Positions 1 through 7,980 of a DNA stretch of 64,000 bases are shown here, piece by piece. Positions within the stretch are counted from its first letter, which is position 1. Each line of letters starts with the position of its first letter. The stretch spans positions 1 to 64,000 of IMG/VR virus record IMGVR_UViG_3300030117_007612; one strand, written 5' to 3'. The notes below the pieces were generated by a model. It saw only the letters and a program-made list of their open reading frames with translations, was not told the DNA's origin and made no database searches. Source of the stretch: a virus (taxonomy: Duplodnaviria; Caudoviricetes). The translations under genes and the position numbers were made by a program.

Positions 1-64
1 GAGATTGAGGGCGAAATCGAGAGGATGAGTGCCCTAATCGTTAAACTTGAGGATGAGGTAAGCC

Positions 65-475
65 ATGAACATTGATTTAACTGAACGCGAGATTGAACTT
101 TTGATGATGTGCATTGAAACCAACATTGAAACTATCAAGCGCCGCCATGACGAGAACGATCCAGAAATTGCTGATTTGATTTTTGAATTGCAGGATTTGG
201 ACACTGACCTTTGGGAGTTGACGGCCCGACCTTGCCAGACTCGGCCCGATCCAGACCTCGATACCACCGATCTGGATTTGGTTGGCCGCACTTTTGAAGT
301 CGCAGAAGAACACTTTATTGACGCAGGCATCCAAGCCCGCGAGAAGATGAAGGCGACCAGCAAGGCAGCGACCAGACGTGCGTTAAACTTTTCCGGTCGC
401 GTCCGGGCTGATGGCGACCTCTCCGAGACTCAGCGCATTGATGTTTGGAACCCTAACGATCCAAGCAACTGGTAG
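65..475 (+). CDS. hypothetical early protein
   Basis: 136-aa ORF, GAGG SD upstream, no recognisable motif. Confidence 0.6.
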   Translation: MNIDLTEREIELLMMCIETNIETIKRRHDENDPEIADLIFELQDLDTDLWELTARPCQTRPDPDLDTTDLDLVGRTFEVAEEHFIDAGIQAREKMKATSKAATRRALNFSGRVRADGDLSETQRIDVWNPNDPSNW

Positions 476-970
476 GTGATTAAAATGAAGGTACGCAACG
501 CAATCAAGAAAGTAAAGACCCATTTTGCCAAGCAAGGCATTGACATTGATGTGCAGCTTGTTGGTCACCGCTGGACATTCGAGCATAATGGATATGTCGG
601 TTCGTTCTTGGCCAATGGTCGGTGCTCTGATGAGGATCAGATGGATGCCGACGCTCACAACTTCCACGTCCGAAGGTGCAACGATCACTCTGATCTGATG
701 TCCGACTATCACGCTGGTTCGTTCCGCGATAACATCACGCAGCTTTGTCACAGCATGTTACCACCACCGCCTAAGTTCCCTGTTGGCTCACTCGTGCGAG
801 GGCGAGATAACAAACGCTCCAGACGGCAGGGTTACGCTGGCCTCGTTGGACTCGTGACTAAAGCGAACCCCGGCGGCTATATCTTTATTGATTGGATTGG
901 CAACGGCCCACCACGAATCGGCACGTACCCAGTTTCTTACCCAGAGCGCGACCTTGAACTCGCCTCTTGA
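476..970 (+). CDS. hypothetical protein with C-terminal SH3/KOW-like barrel
   Basis: Likely start ATG 485 after AGGTG; C-terminal FPVGSLVRG...GLVGLVT pattern shared with other small ORFs. Confidence 0.55.
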   Translation: MIKMKVRNAIKKVKTHFAKQGIDIDVQLVGHRWTFEHNGYVGSFLANGRCSDEDQMDADAHNFHVRRCNDHSDLMSDYHAGSFRDNITQLCHSMLPPPPKFPVGSLVRGRDNKRSRRQGYAGLVGLVTKANPGGYIFIDWIGNGPPRIGTYPVSYPERDLELAS

Positions 971-1021
971 CATTTCCTTGACAATTTAACCCTTGCGATC
1001 CATAGTCACCTGTGTTATATT
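967..1021 (+). promoter_or_regulatory. early promoter cassette 1
   Basis: TTGACA 967 and 978, -35 TTGCGA 993, 17 nt, TG-extended TATATT 1016, then AAAGGA SD. Confidence 0.75.
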
Positions 1022-1046
1022 ATAAGTATAGAAAGGAAAGAACACT

Positions 1047-1178
1047 ATGAAACTTCGCGGACAGTCAGGGCTTCATCCTCTCGCACTTCACGCGGTATCG
1101 CCTGAGTTCGTTCGCCTGCTAATCAAGTTTGATGTGATCATGCTAGTAGGCTTGCTCTTCCTGTGTCAAACTGTCTGA
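1047..1178 (+). CDS. small hypothetical protein (43 aa), hydrophobic C-terminus; not in ORF track
   Basis: ATG 1047 after promoter and AAAGGA SD; MKLRGQSG...VIMLVGLLFLCQTV*. Confidence 0.6.
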   Translation: MKLRGQSGLHPLALHAVSPEFVRLLIKFDVIMLVGLLFLCQTV

Positions 1179-1317
1179 CATTTTAGCGTGTGTTGACGCT
1201 AACCCGGTGCATCGGGTAAACTGAACGGTTGCAAACGGCAGAAAACACTACGGAGAGCGCGGCGCTCTGGAATACACGGGTCTAATGCACTAATAAGATC
1301 AAAGCCGCTACATTTAC

Positions 1318-1372
1318 CTGACATTCTCTTGACAACTTAGTTGTTGACTTTTCCCCATTTTTCAAGTATAAT
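1318..1372 (+). promoter_or_regulatory. early promoter cassette 2
   Basis: CTGACA 1318, TTGACA 1329, -35 TTGACT 1344, 17 nt, TATAAT 1367, AAGGAG SD. Confidence 0.8.
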
Positions 1373-1400
1373 ATAGTATATCAAGTAAGGAGATATATCA

Positions 1401-1781
1401 ATGCCTCAGACACAACTCGACGACACTCTGACCTTCAAGCCCAACCCGATGATCAATAACATTGAGATCGGATCTTCACGCAAGAAAGAATATAAGCCAC
1501 AACCTGCACCGCCAACGCGGAAGCAACTGACAGGCTGGACCGTCGAGCAGGTTGGCCCGAAAATGTGGCGGGTGTTTCGCAACTCGACCACGCAAGGCAA
1601 GCAAGCCATCATCGACTACAACACTCGCGAAGGCGCACAGTCTTTTGCTGATGGCTGCAACGCAGAATACAAGAGCCCCACCAAGATGAGTGCGGCTAGC
1701 CTGCGTCGTAAGAACGCGGAGCACTTGACTGACGAAGAGAAGGCTGATCTGGCTGCAATCATGGAAGGGGAGGGCCTCTAA
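1401..1781 (+). CDS. hypothetical early protein
   Basis: 126 aa directly downstream of promoter and AAGGAG. Confidence 0.75.
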   Translation: MPQTQLDDTLTFKPNPMINNIEIGSSRKKEYKPQPAPPTRKQLTGWTVEQVGPKMWRVFRNSTTQGKQAIIDYNTREGAQSFADGCNAEYKSPTKMSAASLRRKNAEHLTDEEKADLAAIMEGEGL

Positions 1782-1865
1782 ATGTATTCAATCGAAGATA
1801 GGTTCGTTGATGCTGTTGGATCGCTAATTGTGGTCGCATTTTTTATCGGATTGATGGCACTATGA
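1782..1865 (+). CDS. membrane micro-peptide (27 aa); not in ORF track
   Basis: MYSIEDRFVDAVGSLIVVAFFIGLMAL*; TAA-ATG abutment upstream, ATGA overlap downstream. Confidence 0.55.
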   Translation: MYSIEDRFVDAVGSLIVVAFFIGLMAL

Positions 1866-1954
1866 CATTCATTGAGCAAAAGATTTTAGTGGCTGTCCTG
1901 TCTGTCGTCGTCTTCTGCATTCTTACGCAGGTAGTCAAAGCGAGACAAGCATGA
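1862..1954 (+). CDS. membrane micro-peptide (30 aa); not in ORF track
   Basis: MTFIEQKILVAVLSVVVFCILTQVVKARQA*; ATGA overlaps at both ends. Confidence 0.55.
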   Translation: MTFIEQKILVAVLSVVVFCILTQVVKARQA

Positions 1955-2160
1955 GCGCATTTGTGCCCGGTGATCTGGTGACATACCACTTTCAACGCGC
2001 CCGATGGCGTAAAGGTTTATCTGTTCATGTTGGCTTGATTGTCGAGACTGGTAAGTATACCGGTAACCGTGACGTTAAAGTTTTGTGGAAGGGCAAAACA
2101 GAGCCAGCAACCGAAGCAAGCCAGCACCTTTCACCAGTTGACATTTCCTTGACAACTTAA
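1951..2160 (+). CDS. small SH3/KOW-like protein
   Basis: FVPGDLVTY...VGLIVE...VKVLW. Confidence 0.65.
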   Translation: MSAFVPGDLVTYHFQRARWRKGLSVHVGLIVETGKYTGNRDVKVLWKGKTEPATEASQHLSPVDISLTT

Positions 2161-2192
2161 TCCTTGCGTTTCAGTGTCCCCTATGTTATATT
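2138..2192 (+). promoter_or_regulatory. early promoter cassette 3
   Basis: TTGACA 2138 and 2149, -35 TTGCGT 2164, 17 nt, TATATT 2187. Confidence 0.8.
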
Positions 2193-2214
2193 ATATGTAT
2201 AGAAAGGAGAAAGC
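2184..2214 (+). repeat. 31-nt direct repeat, copy 1 (identical copy at 2472-2502)
   Basis: TGTTATATTATATGTATAGAAAGGAGAAAGC at both positions; near-copy at ~1013-1038. Confidence 0.9.
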
Positions 2215-2215
2215 T

Positions 2216-2440
2216 ATGAACCACGATCTTCAACCCGGTGACCTCGTTCGCAGCAACGCCACTGTATACAATCGCGCAGGCAAGATCCGCAAGCCCACCG
2301 TTGGGCTTGTTCTCAAGAAGCTGATGACGCGAGATCACGGATCTGGATCGGGACTCGTTAAAGTATTGTGGCCGCACACTGGCAACACTGGCGTTTGTTC
2401 AGTGCAGGATCTTGACAAAGTGGACTTGACAACTCCTTGA
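2216..2440 (+). CDS. small SH3/KOW-like protein
   Basis: Start moved to ATG 2216 after AAAGGAG; LQPGDLVRS...VGLVLK...VKVLW. Confidence 0.7.
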   Translation: MNHDLQPGDLVRSNATVYNRAGKIRKPTVGLVLKKLMTRDHGSGSGLVKVLWPHTGNTGVCSVQDLDKVDLTTP

Positions 2441-2480
2441 CAACTCAACCCTTGACTTTTGCCCCTGTGGGTGTTATATT
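2426..2480 (+). promoter_or_regulatory. early promoter cassette 4
   Basis: TTGACA 2426 and 2437 (extra copy 2412), -35 TTGACT 2452, 17 nt, TATATT 2475. Confidence 0.8.
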
Positions 2481-2502
2481 ATATGTATAGAAAGGAGAAA
2501 GC
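2472..2502 (+). repeat. 31-nt direct repeat, copy 2
   Basis: Identical to 2184-2214. Confidence 0.9.
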
Positions 2503-2504
2503 AA

Positions 2505-2681
2505 ATGCTTCGCACTCAAGACCTGCCCACCAAGACCTTCCGCGTCACCTTCACCCTTCGCGAGCCAATGCGCCCGCGTCAAACTCGCATTGTCAAGGCG
2601 CGCGATGAGTACGAAGCTGCTCGCCTCGTTGTACTTCCGGCTAACGCCATGCGAACCCTGAACATCAAAGAGATCAAGTAG
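2505..2681 (+). CDS. small hypothetical protein (58 aa); not in ORF track
   Basis: ATG after cassette 4 SD; MLRTQDLPTKTFRVTF...NIKEIK*. Confidence 0.7.
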   Translation: MLRTQDLPTKTFRVTFTLREPMRPRQTRIVKARDEYEAARLVVLPANAMRTLNIKEIK

Positions 2682-2692
2682 GAGATATATTT

Positions 2693-2863
2693 ATGTTCGC
2701 AATCGGTAACATAGTTAAAGTACACACCAAGCTCAACGGCTGGAAAACTGGCACCATCATCGGCAAAGCCGACTGGGACAGCAGCATGTGGCTTGTGAAG
2801 ATCCCCGGCCATTGGTCTAAGCAGACCGCCGCCCTTGAGATTGACATGAAGAATGTGGCTTAA
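2693..2863 (+). CDS. small SH3/KOW-like protein (56 aa); not in ORF track
   Basis: AGGAG SD; MFAIGNIVKVHTKLNGWKTGTIIG...MWLVKI. Confidence 0.65.
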   Translation: MFAIGNIVKVHTKLNGWKTGTIIGKADWDSSMWLVKIPGHWSKQTAALEIDMKNVA

Positions 2864-3101
2864 TCCACCCAACCCGAACAGCGCCCATCGCCGCGAGAGG
2901 TCAAGATAATGAAAACCCCCAACTACATAGCGCCGGACTGTGGCGGGCTTGGATAAGTCACAGAGGGATCCTGTTCAACCCTAATCAAGAGAACAATATA
3001 ATGCGATAGCGTTACCTCCACTGCTCAGTGAGGTTAAGAGAGCAAATAACAATAGAGCCGAGAGGGAGCGCGGGCATAAATAAAGACTCTCCCATTTTCC
3101 T

Positions 3102-3377
3102 ATGAAATACTACGTTACCAAAATCGAATTGCAATTAGCTGACAGCAAATTGATCAGCACCGAGACAATTCTAACTAAGCCCAGCGACAAAGCCGCCGCC
3201 GTGGAGGGTAAGCGCAGATATTCAGCCCTTGGTATTGATAACCTGTGTGTTGTCAAGTACAAGAAGAAGCACTATAACAAAGTTCTCCGCGCTCAAAACA
3301 AGCGCCGCAAGGAGAAGGCTTTGACGGTTGCTGATATTGCTAAAATGACAGAAGAAGCCCGCGAGGAAGGAATATAA
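3102..3377 (+). CDS. hypothetical basic protein
   Basis: 91-aa ORF in operon order. Confidence 0.55.
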   Translation: MKYYVTKIELQLADSKLISTETILTKPSDKAAAVEGKRRYSALGIDNLCVVKYKKKHYNKVLRAQNKRRKEKALTVADIAKMTEEAREEGI

Positions 3378-3378
3378 T

Positions 3379-3705
3379 ATGATTACAGGACCAAGAGTGA
3401 CAAACGATAAAGTTATTGTTGCATGGACGCACGGACTGAGCGCCCAAAATCATAACGGCACGTTGGGGAGCATATCATATCCGAACGGTCGGGCCGAATT
3501 GTTCAGCTATGAATTGAAGATCGGAGAGCGAACACCTGCCGGTGTGTTGGTGCTTGCCGACTACACCGCGCCCGCTAACGGCTTCAAGACAATGACCACT
3601 TCTCAACATGTTTGTTTAGTAAAGCATACCATCCGTGAGAAGCTGGTGGTTATGAACCCGCGAGTTTGGCAGTGCTCACCACTAAGCGAGGATAAGCCTT
3701 TTTAA
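3379..3705 (+). CDS. hypothetical phage protein
   Basis: GAGG SD, 108 aa, stop overlaps next ATG. Confidence 0.65.
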   Translation: MITGPRVTNDKVIVAWTHGLSAQNHNGTLGSISYPNGRAELFSYELKIGERTPAGVLVLADYTAPANGFKTMTTSQHVCLVKHTIREKLVVMNPRVWQCSPLSEDKPF

Positions 3706-3911
3706 TGCCAGTGTTTCGCCCCGGTGATCTTGTACGAGTTAAGGATGGTACGCACGATCCTTTGATGCCCGATCATCGCGTCGGCGTAATCATTGAGGAC
3801 TCAGCAAGTCCGAGAGCACTAACAAAAACATTTAAGATTCTTTTCCTTGGCACTTATGAAGTGCTGCACTTCCATGAAATGTTTTTAGAACACTTCAGCA
3901 CAGGACCATAA
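3705..3911 (+). CDS. small SH3/KOW-like protein
   Basis: FRPGDLVRVK...VGVIIE. Confidence 0.65.
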   Translation: MPVFRPGDLVRVKDGTHDPLMPDHRVGVIIEDSASPRALTKTFKILFLGTYEVLHFHEMFLEHFSTGP

Positions 3912-3915
3912 CACT

Positions 3916-4248
3916 TTGCCTATTCATGTAACCATGCCGCCGCTGCTCTATAACCGTTATGACGGTAAGCGGTTCGCTGTATCTGGTCAGCATTGGGTTG
4001 AGGTTCCCAAGAACACAACGCTGGAGGATATAGATAAATATATGGTAGTTGAGAGTCGACCCGAGCCTAAGAATTCGGAGGGTGATCACAATTGGATTGT
4101 AGAGGGTAGTAAAGGAAATAAATATACAGTAACCCTTAGTGATAACCAATGGTCATGTACTTGTGTAGGGTTTAACTATCGTCGTAAGTGTAAGCACATC
4201 CAGTTAAAGAAAGATAATATATACAATGTGGGGGAGAATGGTAGTTAG
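3916..4248 (+). CDS. SWIM zinc-finger protein
   Basis: WSCTCVGFNYRRKCKHI (CxC...CxH) preceded by KYTVT strand. Confidence 0.75.
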   Translation: MPIHVTMPPLLYNRYDGKRFAVSGQHWVEVPKNTTLEDIDKYMVVESRPEPKNSEGDHNWIVEGSKGNKYTVTLSDNQWSCTCVGFNYRRKCKHIQLKKDNIYNVGENGS

Positions 4249-4521
4249 TGGGACATAGTGGATCGCTATGTAATGTTTAAGGAGCGTTATTATATGCTTG
4301 CATTACATTAGGTAATTGATTTAATTGTTTATGCGTGATTGTCTTAGTATATACACGATGCACAACTTGTCAAGTGTCAAGTCAATTATTGTCCGCTTCG
4401 GTGTTAATTTGCATGCGACAAGAAAGCTCAATGTATCCGACCACTTACAATGCCGTGTATCATCAACAATTTCAACTACTTAGCGCATGCAATTGTCGCA
4501 CACATGCGACAGCGAGAACAC

Positions 4522-4575
4522 TTAACATATACTTTACACAATGCCCTTGCCTTTTAGCGCGAGAGTGGTTATAAT
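4522..4575 (+). promoter_or_regulatory. degenerate early promoter cassette 5
   Basis: TTAACA 4522, TTTACA 4533, -35 TTGCCT 4547, 17 nt, TATAAT 4570. Confidence 0.6.
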
Positions 4576-4608
4576 ATATGTATAAACTAGTTACTACAGG
4601 AGTGACAT

Positions 4609-4857
4609 ATGGAACTGACTCAGCTATCCGGCTCATCACTAACACCCTTCGAGCGCTCTGCCTTCAATGCGCTCTGCTTGTCCGATGGACTTACGCAGCT
4701 AGCGCACATGGAGAAGCTCGTCGACATCATGCAAGGCATTGACGTGCAACTTGCGGAGGCCCGCGAAGCAGGTGATGATGAACTGGCCGAGCAGATTGAC
4801 AAAACCTTTACGCTGTTGTTCGCGAGCTACGTCGACGGCTATGCATCGGACTCGTAA
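4609..4857 (+). CDS. hypothetical acidic helical protein
   Basis: AGGAG SD, downstream of cassette 5. Confidence 0.7.
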   Translation: MELTQLSGSSLTPFERSAFNALCLSDGLTQLAHMEKLVDIMQGIDVQLAEAREAGDDELAEQIDKTFTLLFASYVDGYASDS

Positions 4858-4911
4858 TCTATGCGAGAGTAGTAATAATAATTAACATATCTTTAACAGT
4901 TGACTATAGAG

Positions 4912-4952
4912 TTGACAAACAATTGACAGTTGTAAAAGATATGTGATATAGT
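4912..4952 (+). promoter_or_regulatory. putative promoter with tandem TTGACA
   Basis: TTGACA 4912 and 4923, 18 nt, TATAGT 4947; further TTAACA pair at 4882/4893. Confidence 0.45.
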
Positions 4953-5074
4953 AGAGGGGGGACCACTACCCCCCTACCCCCCCACCGGAATCTATGTCTC
5001 TATAAACGGATGTGCTGTGTGAGGGGTGCTAGATACATTCGCGCTGCGCGCCTAATTTTTTGAGATATGGAAAT

Positions 5075-5281
5075 ATGTGGAAATTATACAAATACGATGG
5101 CCATTACATTCAGGGAAAACTAGTTAGCAAACACTCAACAGAAAAGGCCGCATTAAACAAAGCGGAAAAAGAATTGAAGTACACATACACAGAGAAGATT
5201 AAGAGAAATAAAGAAATCATTATATGGCTAGATGACGAAAACCATAGCCCAATTGGCATGATCGTCAAAAAGACCAAATAA
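5075..5281 (+). CDS. hypothetical protein
   Basis: MWKLYKYDG...; start chosen at second Met of track ORF 5060. Confidence 0.55.
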   Translation: MWKLYKYDGHYIQGKLVSKHSTEKAALNKAEKELKYTYTEKIKRNKEIIIWLDDENHSPIGMIVKKTK

Positions 5282-5331
5282 TAGCAAGGTTAAAAAAATC
5301 CACAGAACAAATTTTAGGAATTGGAGTATTA

Positions 5332-5775
5332 ATGAAGAATAAAAGATATACATGTTGGCATTGTAGGACGGGAATTGTGCATAGACTGCCGGCTACATGT
5401 CCAGAATGTGATAGAAGATTGGAGAAGGAAGTGAAAAAGGGCGAGAGAAAAAAGCGCCGGCGCATGGCAGCTAGCGCAATTACCGCGCTTCTAGTAGGCT
5501 GTGGGCAGCCCTACGCTGAAGATACGGCTGTGGGTACCTATAGGGTCAACGAGGTCTGTATACAGCAATTAGACGGGGCCCTGTATACACTACAGGCATA
5601 TGCTTCTAATAAATATACGGGGGTTACAGCGGCCATCTCCGCGCGCGGGGAACTCGGCGCGGTATATATCGACTTGGCGCCAACGAATATATCGACATAT
5701 TACACAGCAGATATAAAATTTGTCAACATGAGCTGTGAATCTGATATGCTCTTTAGGTATAGACCAATGATATAG
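5332..5775 (+). CDS. Zn-ribbon plus lipobox-containing protein
   Basis: CWHC...CPEC, then KKRRRMAASAITALLVGC. Confidence 0.55.
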   Translation: MKNKRYTCWHCRTGIVHRLPATCPECDRRLEKEVKKGERKKRRRMAASAITALLVGCGQPYAEDTAVGTYRVNEVCIQQLDGALYTLQAYASNKYTGVTAAISARGELGAVYIDLAPTNISTYYTADIKFVNMSCESDMLFRYRPMI

Positions 5776-5798
5776 TCATCTAAGCACCTAATTACTAT

Positions 5799-6077
5799 GT
5801 GGTGCTAGACTATAACGTTAATATTGTTTTAGAGCGCGGTGATATGATCGTCGACATGGTTAGCAATGAAGTTGGCTTGCTAATCGAAAGATATAAGGTA
5901 TTATCCGAAAACACATTCACCAATGGATTCGTTACTGAACCTGTTTGGGGCTGGCGTATATCGTGGTCAGGCGCTAATATGCATGATGTTAATCGATTTG
6001 CCGCGTTTACTGAAAACGGATTAAAAAATCAAATTATCGAAGGCCGCGTTAAATTGATAAAAGTAGATGATACTTAG
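5799..6077 (+). CDS. small SH3/KOW-like protein
   Basis: LERGDMIVD...VGLLIE. Confidence 0.55.
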   Translation: MVLDYNVNIVLERGDMIVDMVSNEVGLLIERYKVLSENTFTNGFVTEPVWGWRISWSGANMHDVNRFAAFTENGLKNQIIEGRVKLIKVDDT

Positions 6078-6080
6078 GGT

Positions 6081-6395
6081 ATGCACTCTTTTAACGGCCG
6101 GTTCAAAAACATTAATTTGAACATTGGGGATCTGGTTGTAGATCCTTCGACAAATCACCGAGCTTTTCTTATTTCATATGAACGTCATATCGATATGTTT
6201 GATGACGATATATGGCTATGGGAGCTTTACTGGTTTACGCATGGCTCTAAGAGTGCGCTTAAAAATCCCATCAATTCTGTTACAATATTAGAAGAAGATA
6301 GTCTTAAGTTCTCAATATTAGTAGGTAGACTTGAGTGGTATTCAATCAAAGGAGATACATGGAATGCCGAAACAGCACAACTGGAATGCATATAA
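6081..6395 (+). CDS. small SH3/KOW-like protein
   Basis: LNIGDLVVD; paralogue of previous ORF. Confidence 0.55.
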   Translation: MHSFNGRFKNINLNIGDLVVDPSTNHRAFLISYERHIDMFDDDIWLWELYWFTHGSKSALKNPINSVTILEEDSLKFSILVGRLEWYSIKGDTWNAETAQLECI

Positions 6396-6801
6396 AATAT
6401 TCAAAAATGGTCGTCGCGCTAAGCAACCTATATGCAAAATAAGAGCTATTAATGCGATAGAAGCAGAAAAAAATTTTTTAAACGAAATTTTGCCGAAATT
6501 ATCGGAGAGTTTTGCCAACTACAAGTGGGTCTTTATTCATGAAAACGTAAAACCACGACGTATAACAAAAAAGGATATTGCATCGTTTGCGCGCAATAGA
6601 GAAAAGAGAAAAAAAATTTTCGTTGACATTTTTTCGGGAGTGGAAGATGGTCAAGTTTTACTCCGCAACAATTCTGGATCAAGCTGGGAGTGGGCCGTGT
6701 GCCAACCTACGACTCTAGAGAAACTTAAAAGCTTGTCGCCACAATTTAAAGAAAAACACGATGCGTTTAAATGGTTAGATAATTATTTATATAATGAATG
6801 A
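6364..6801 (+). CDS. hypothetical protein
   Basis: Start moved to ATG 6364 after GGAG. Confidence 0.55.
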   Translation: MPKQHNWNAYKIFKNGRRAKQPICKIRAINAIEAEKNFLNEILPKLSESFANYKWVFIHENVKPRRITKKDIASFARNREKRKKIFVDIFSGVEDGQVLLRNNSGSSWEWAVCQPTTLEKLKSLSPQFKEKHDAFKWLDNYLYNE

Positions 6802-6823
6802 CTAATTAATTTGAGGATATTTT

Positions 6824-7978
6824 ATGGGTATTGTAAAGGTTGACGGAATTGAATGGGATAGTGTTGTAAAAGTAAGCGGAGTGGCCAAGGCGTCTATTGT
6901 GAAATTTGGAGGCGTTGAAGGTGGGCCGGCCGCAGCGACTCGCTGGGTGACCGTTCATGCTGATACAATTGTTGCTCACGCAGGGGCTAGCGCCAGAAAT
7001 CCATGGACATCATACGATTCCATTACCGGAAGTAAACCCGGCAGTTCCGTCGATCAAATATTTGTTGCATACGGAAAAGATGGAGACGGCAACGGTAGAT
7101 GGGTTCAAAGCCACGCCGCAGACAACGCTGAGCTTTCTTGGACAGACGATCCAACTGCCGGCGCTGACCCCGGATGGAACCCTTTAACTCAGATATCCGG
7201 CGCGAACGAATCTGCCGGCCCCGAGGTTACGATACCAAATCGTCAATTTGCCATTCAGTGGGGCGCAGACTATTGGGTTGCCGTCGGTACAATGAGGTCT
7301 GGAAAGCAGTCTGTTATGAGATCTCAAGATGGCAACAACTGGTTTACATCCAGTCTAGCCGGCCTCGTTACTGACGGCTCAATAAACACTCAATCTTGCT
7401 ATGGATTGGCAAGTGATGGCGCCGGAACTTGGTGGTTCGCTCAACAGAATAGAATTTTCAAAAGTACAAATCATGGTGAAACATGGTCATTAAATCACAC
7501 ATTAGTAGATGATGCCAACAACGACCCGGGCGATATTCGCGCTTTAACTTTTACAAACAATACTCTTGTGTGTTATATCAAAGGCGGGAACGGCGCGATA
7601 TATGCCGCGGCCGCAGCTGATACAACTGATTGGGCATCCGCTTCATGGAATGGCGCCGGCAACGTCAACAATCAAATGAGAGTGTGCAGCGCCAACGGCA
7701 GAGTGTTTATGGCATATAGCGGAAAATATTGGGCTGCTGATGTTGATGGCAAGAGCATCACTATTGTGCATGACAATCAAACCATAACGACCGGCAGCCA
7801 TGGTACTGCTAATGCTTGCGCGACAGATGGTACTACGTTTGTTATTGCCTGTGATACAGGCGACATCATCGTAAACGAAAATAACCTTGCCACCGACGGG
7901 TGGTACATCGAAGCCGAGAACGTTGGTTCGAAAAATATTGAACATATTGCACATGATGTGTACCTGCCAATTGGATAG
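6824..7978 (+). CDS. BNR/Asp-box beta-propeller protein, probable virion fibre or adhesin
   Basis: Asp-box-like SQDGNNW and STNHGETW; G/W/T-rich; N-terminal repeated VKVxGV. Confidence 0.55.
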   Translation: MGIVKVDGIEWDSVVKVSGVAKASIVKFGGVEGGPAAATRWVTVHADTIVAHAGASARNPWTSYDSITGSKPGSSVDQIFVAYGKDGDGNGRWVQSHAADNAELSWTDDPTAGADPGWNPLTQISGANESAGPEVTIPNRQFAIQWGADYWVAVGTMRSGKQSVMRSQDGNNWFTSSLAGLVTDGSINTQSCYGLASDGAGTWWFAQQNRIFKSTNHGETWSLNHTLVDDANNDPGDIRALTFTNNTLVCYIKGGNGAIYAAAAADTTDWASASWNGAGNVNNQMRVCSANGRVFMAYSGKYWAADVDGKSITIVHDNQTITTGSHGTANACATDGTTFVIACDTGDIIVNENNLATDGWYIEAENVGSKNIEHIAHDVYLPIG

Positions 7979-7980
7979 AT

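Noticed and set aside
967-2502. CRISPR array or iteron origin
   Set aside because: Repeats are promoter/SD elements separated by genes of unequal length, not regular spacers
967-2502. Calling the tandem hexamers true Pho boxes
   Set aside because: Period matches, but orientation is reversed and position is upstream of the -35; kept only as a hypothesis
2910-2957. 15-codon ORF MKTPNYIAPDCGGLG as a leader peptide
   Set aside because: No convincing SD and no run of a regulatory codon
4335-4574. Track ORF as a real gene
   Set aside because: No SD, atypical composition, and it overlaps promoter and palindromic elements
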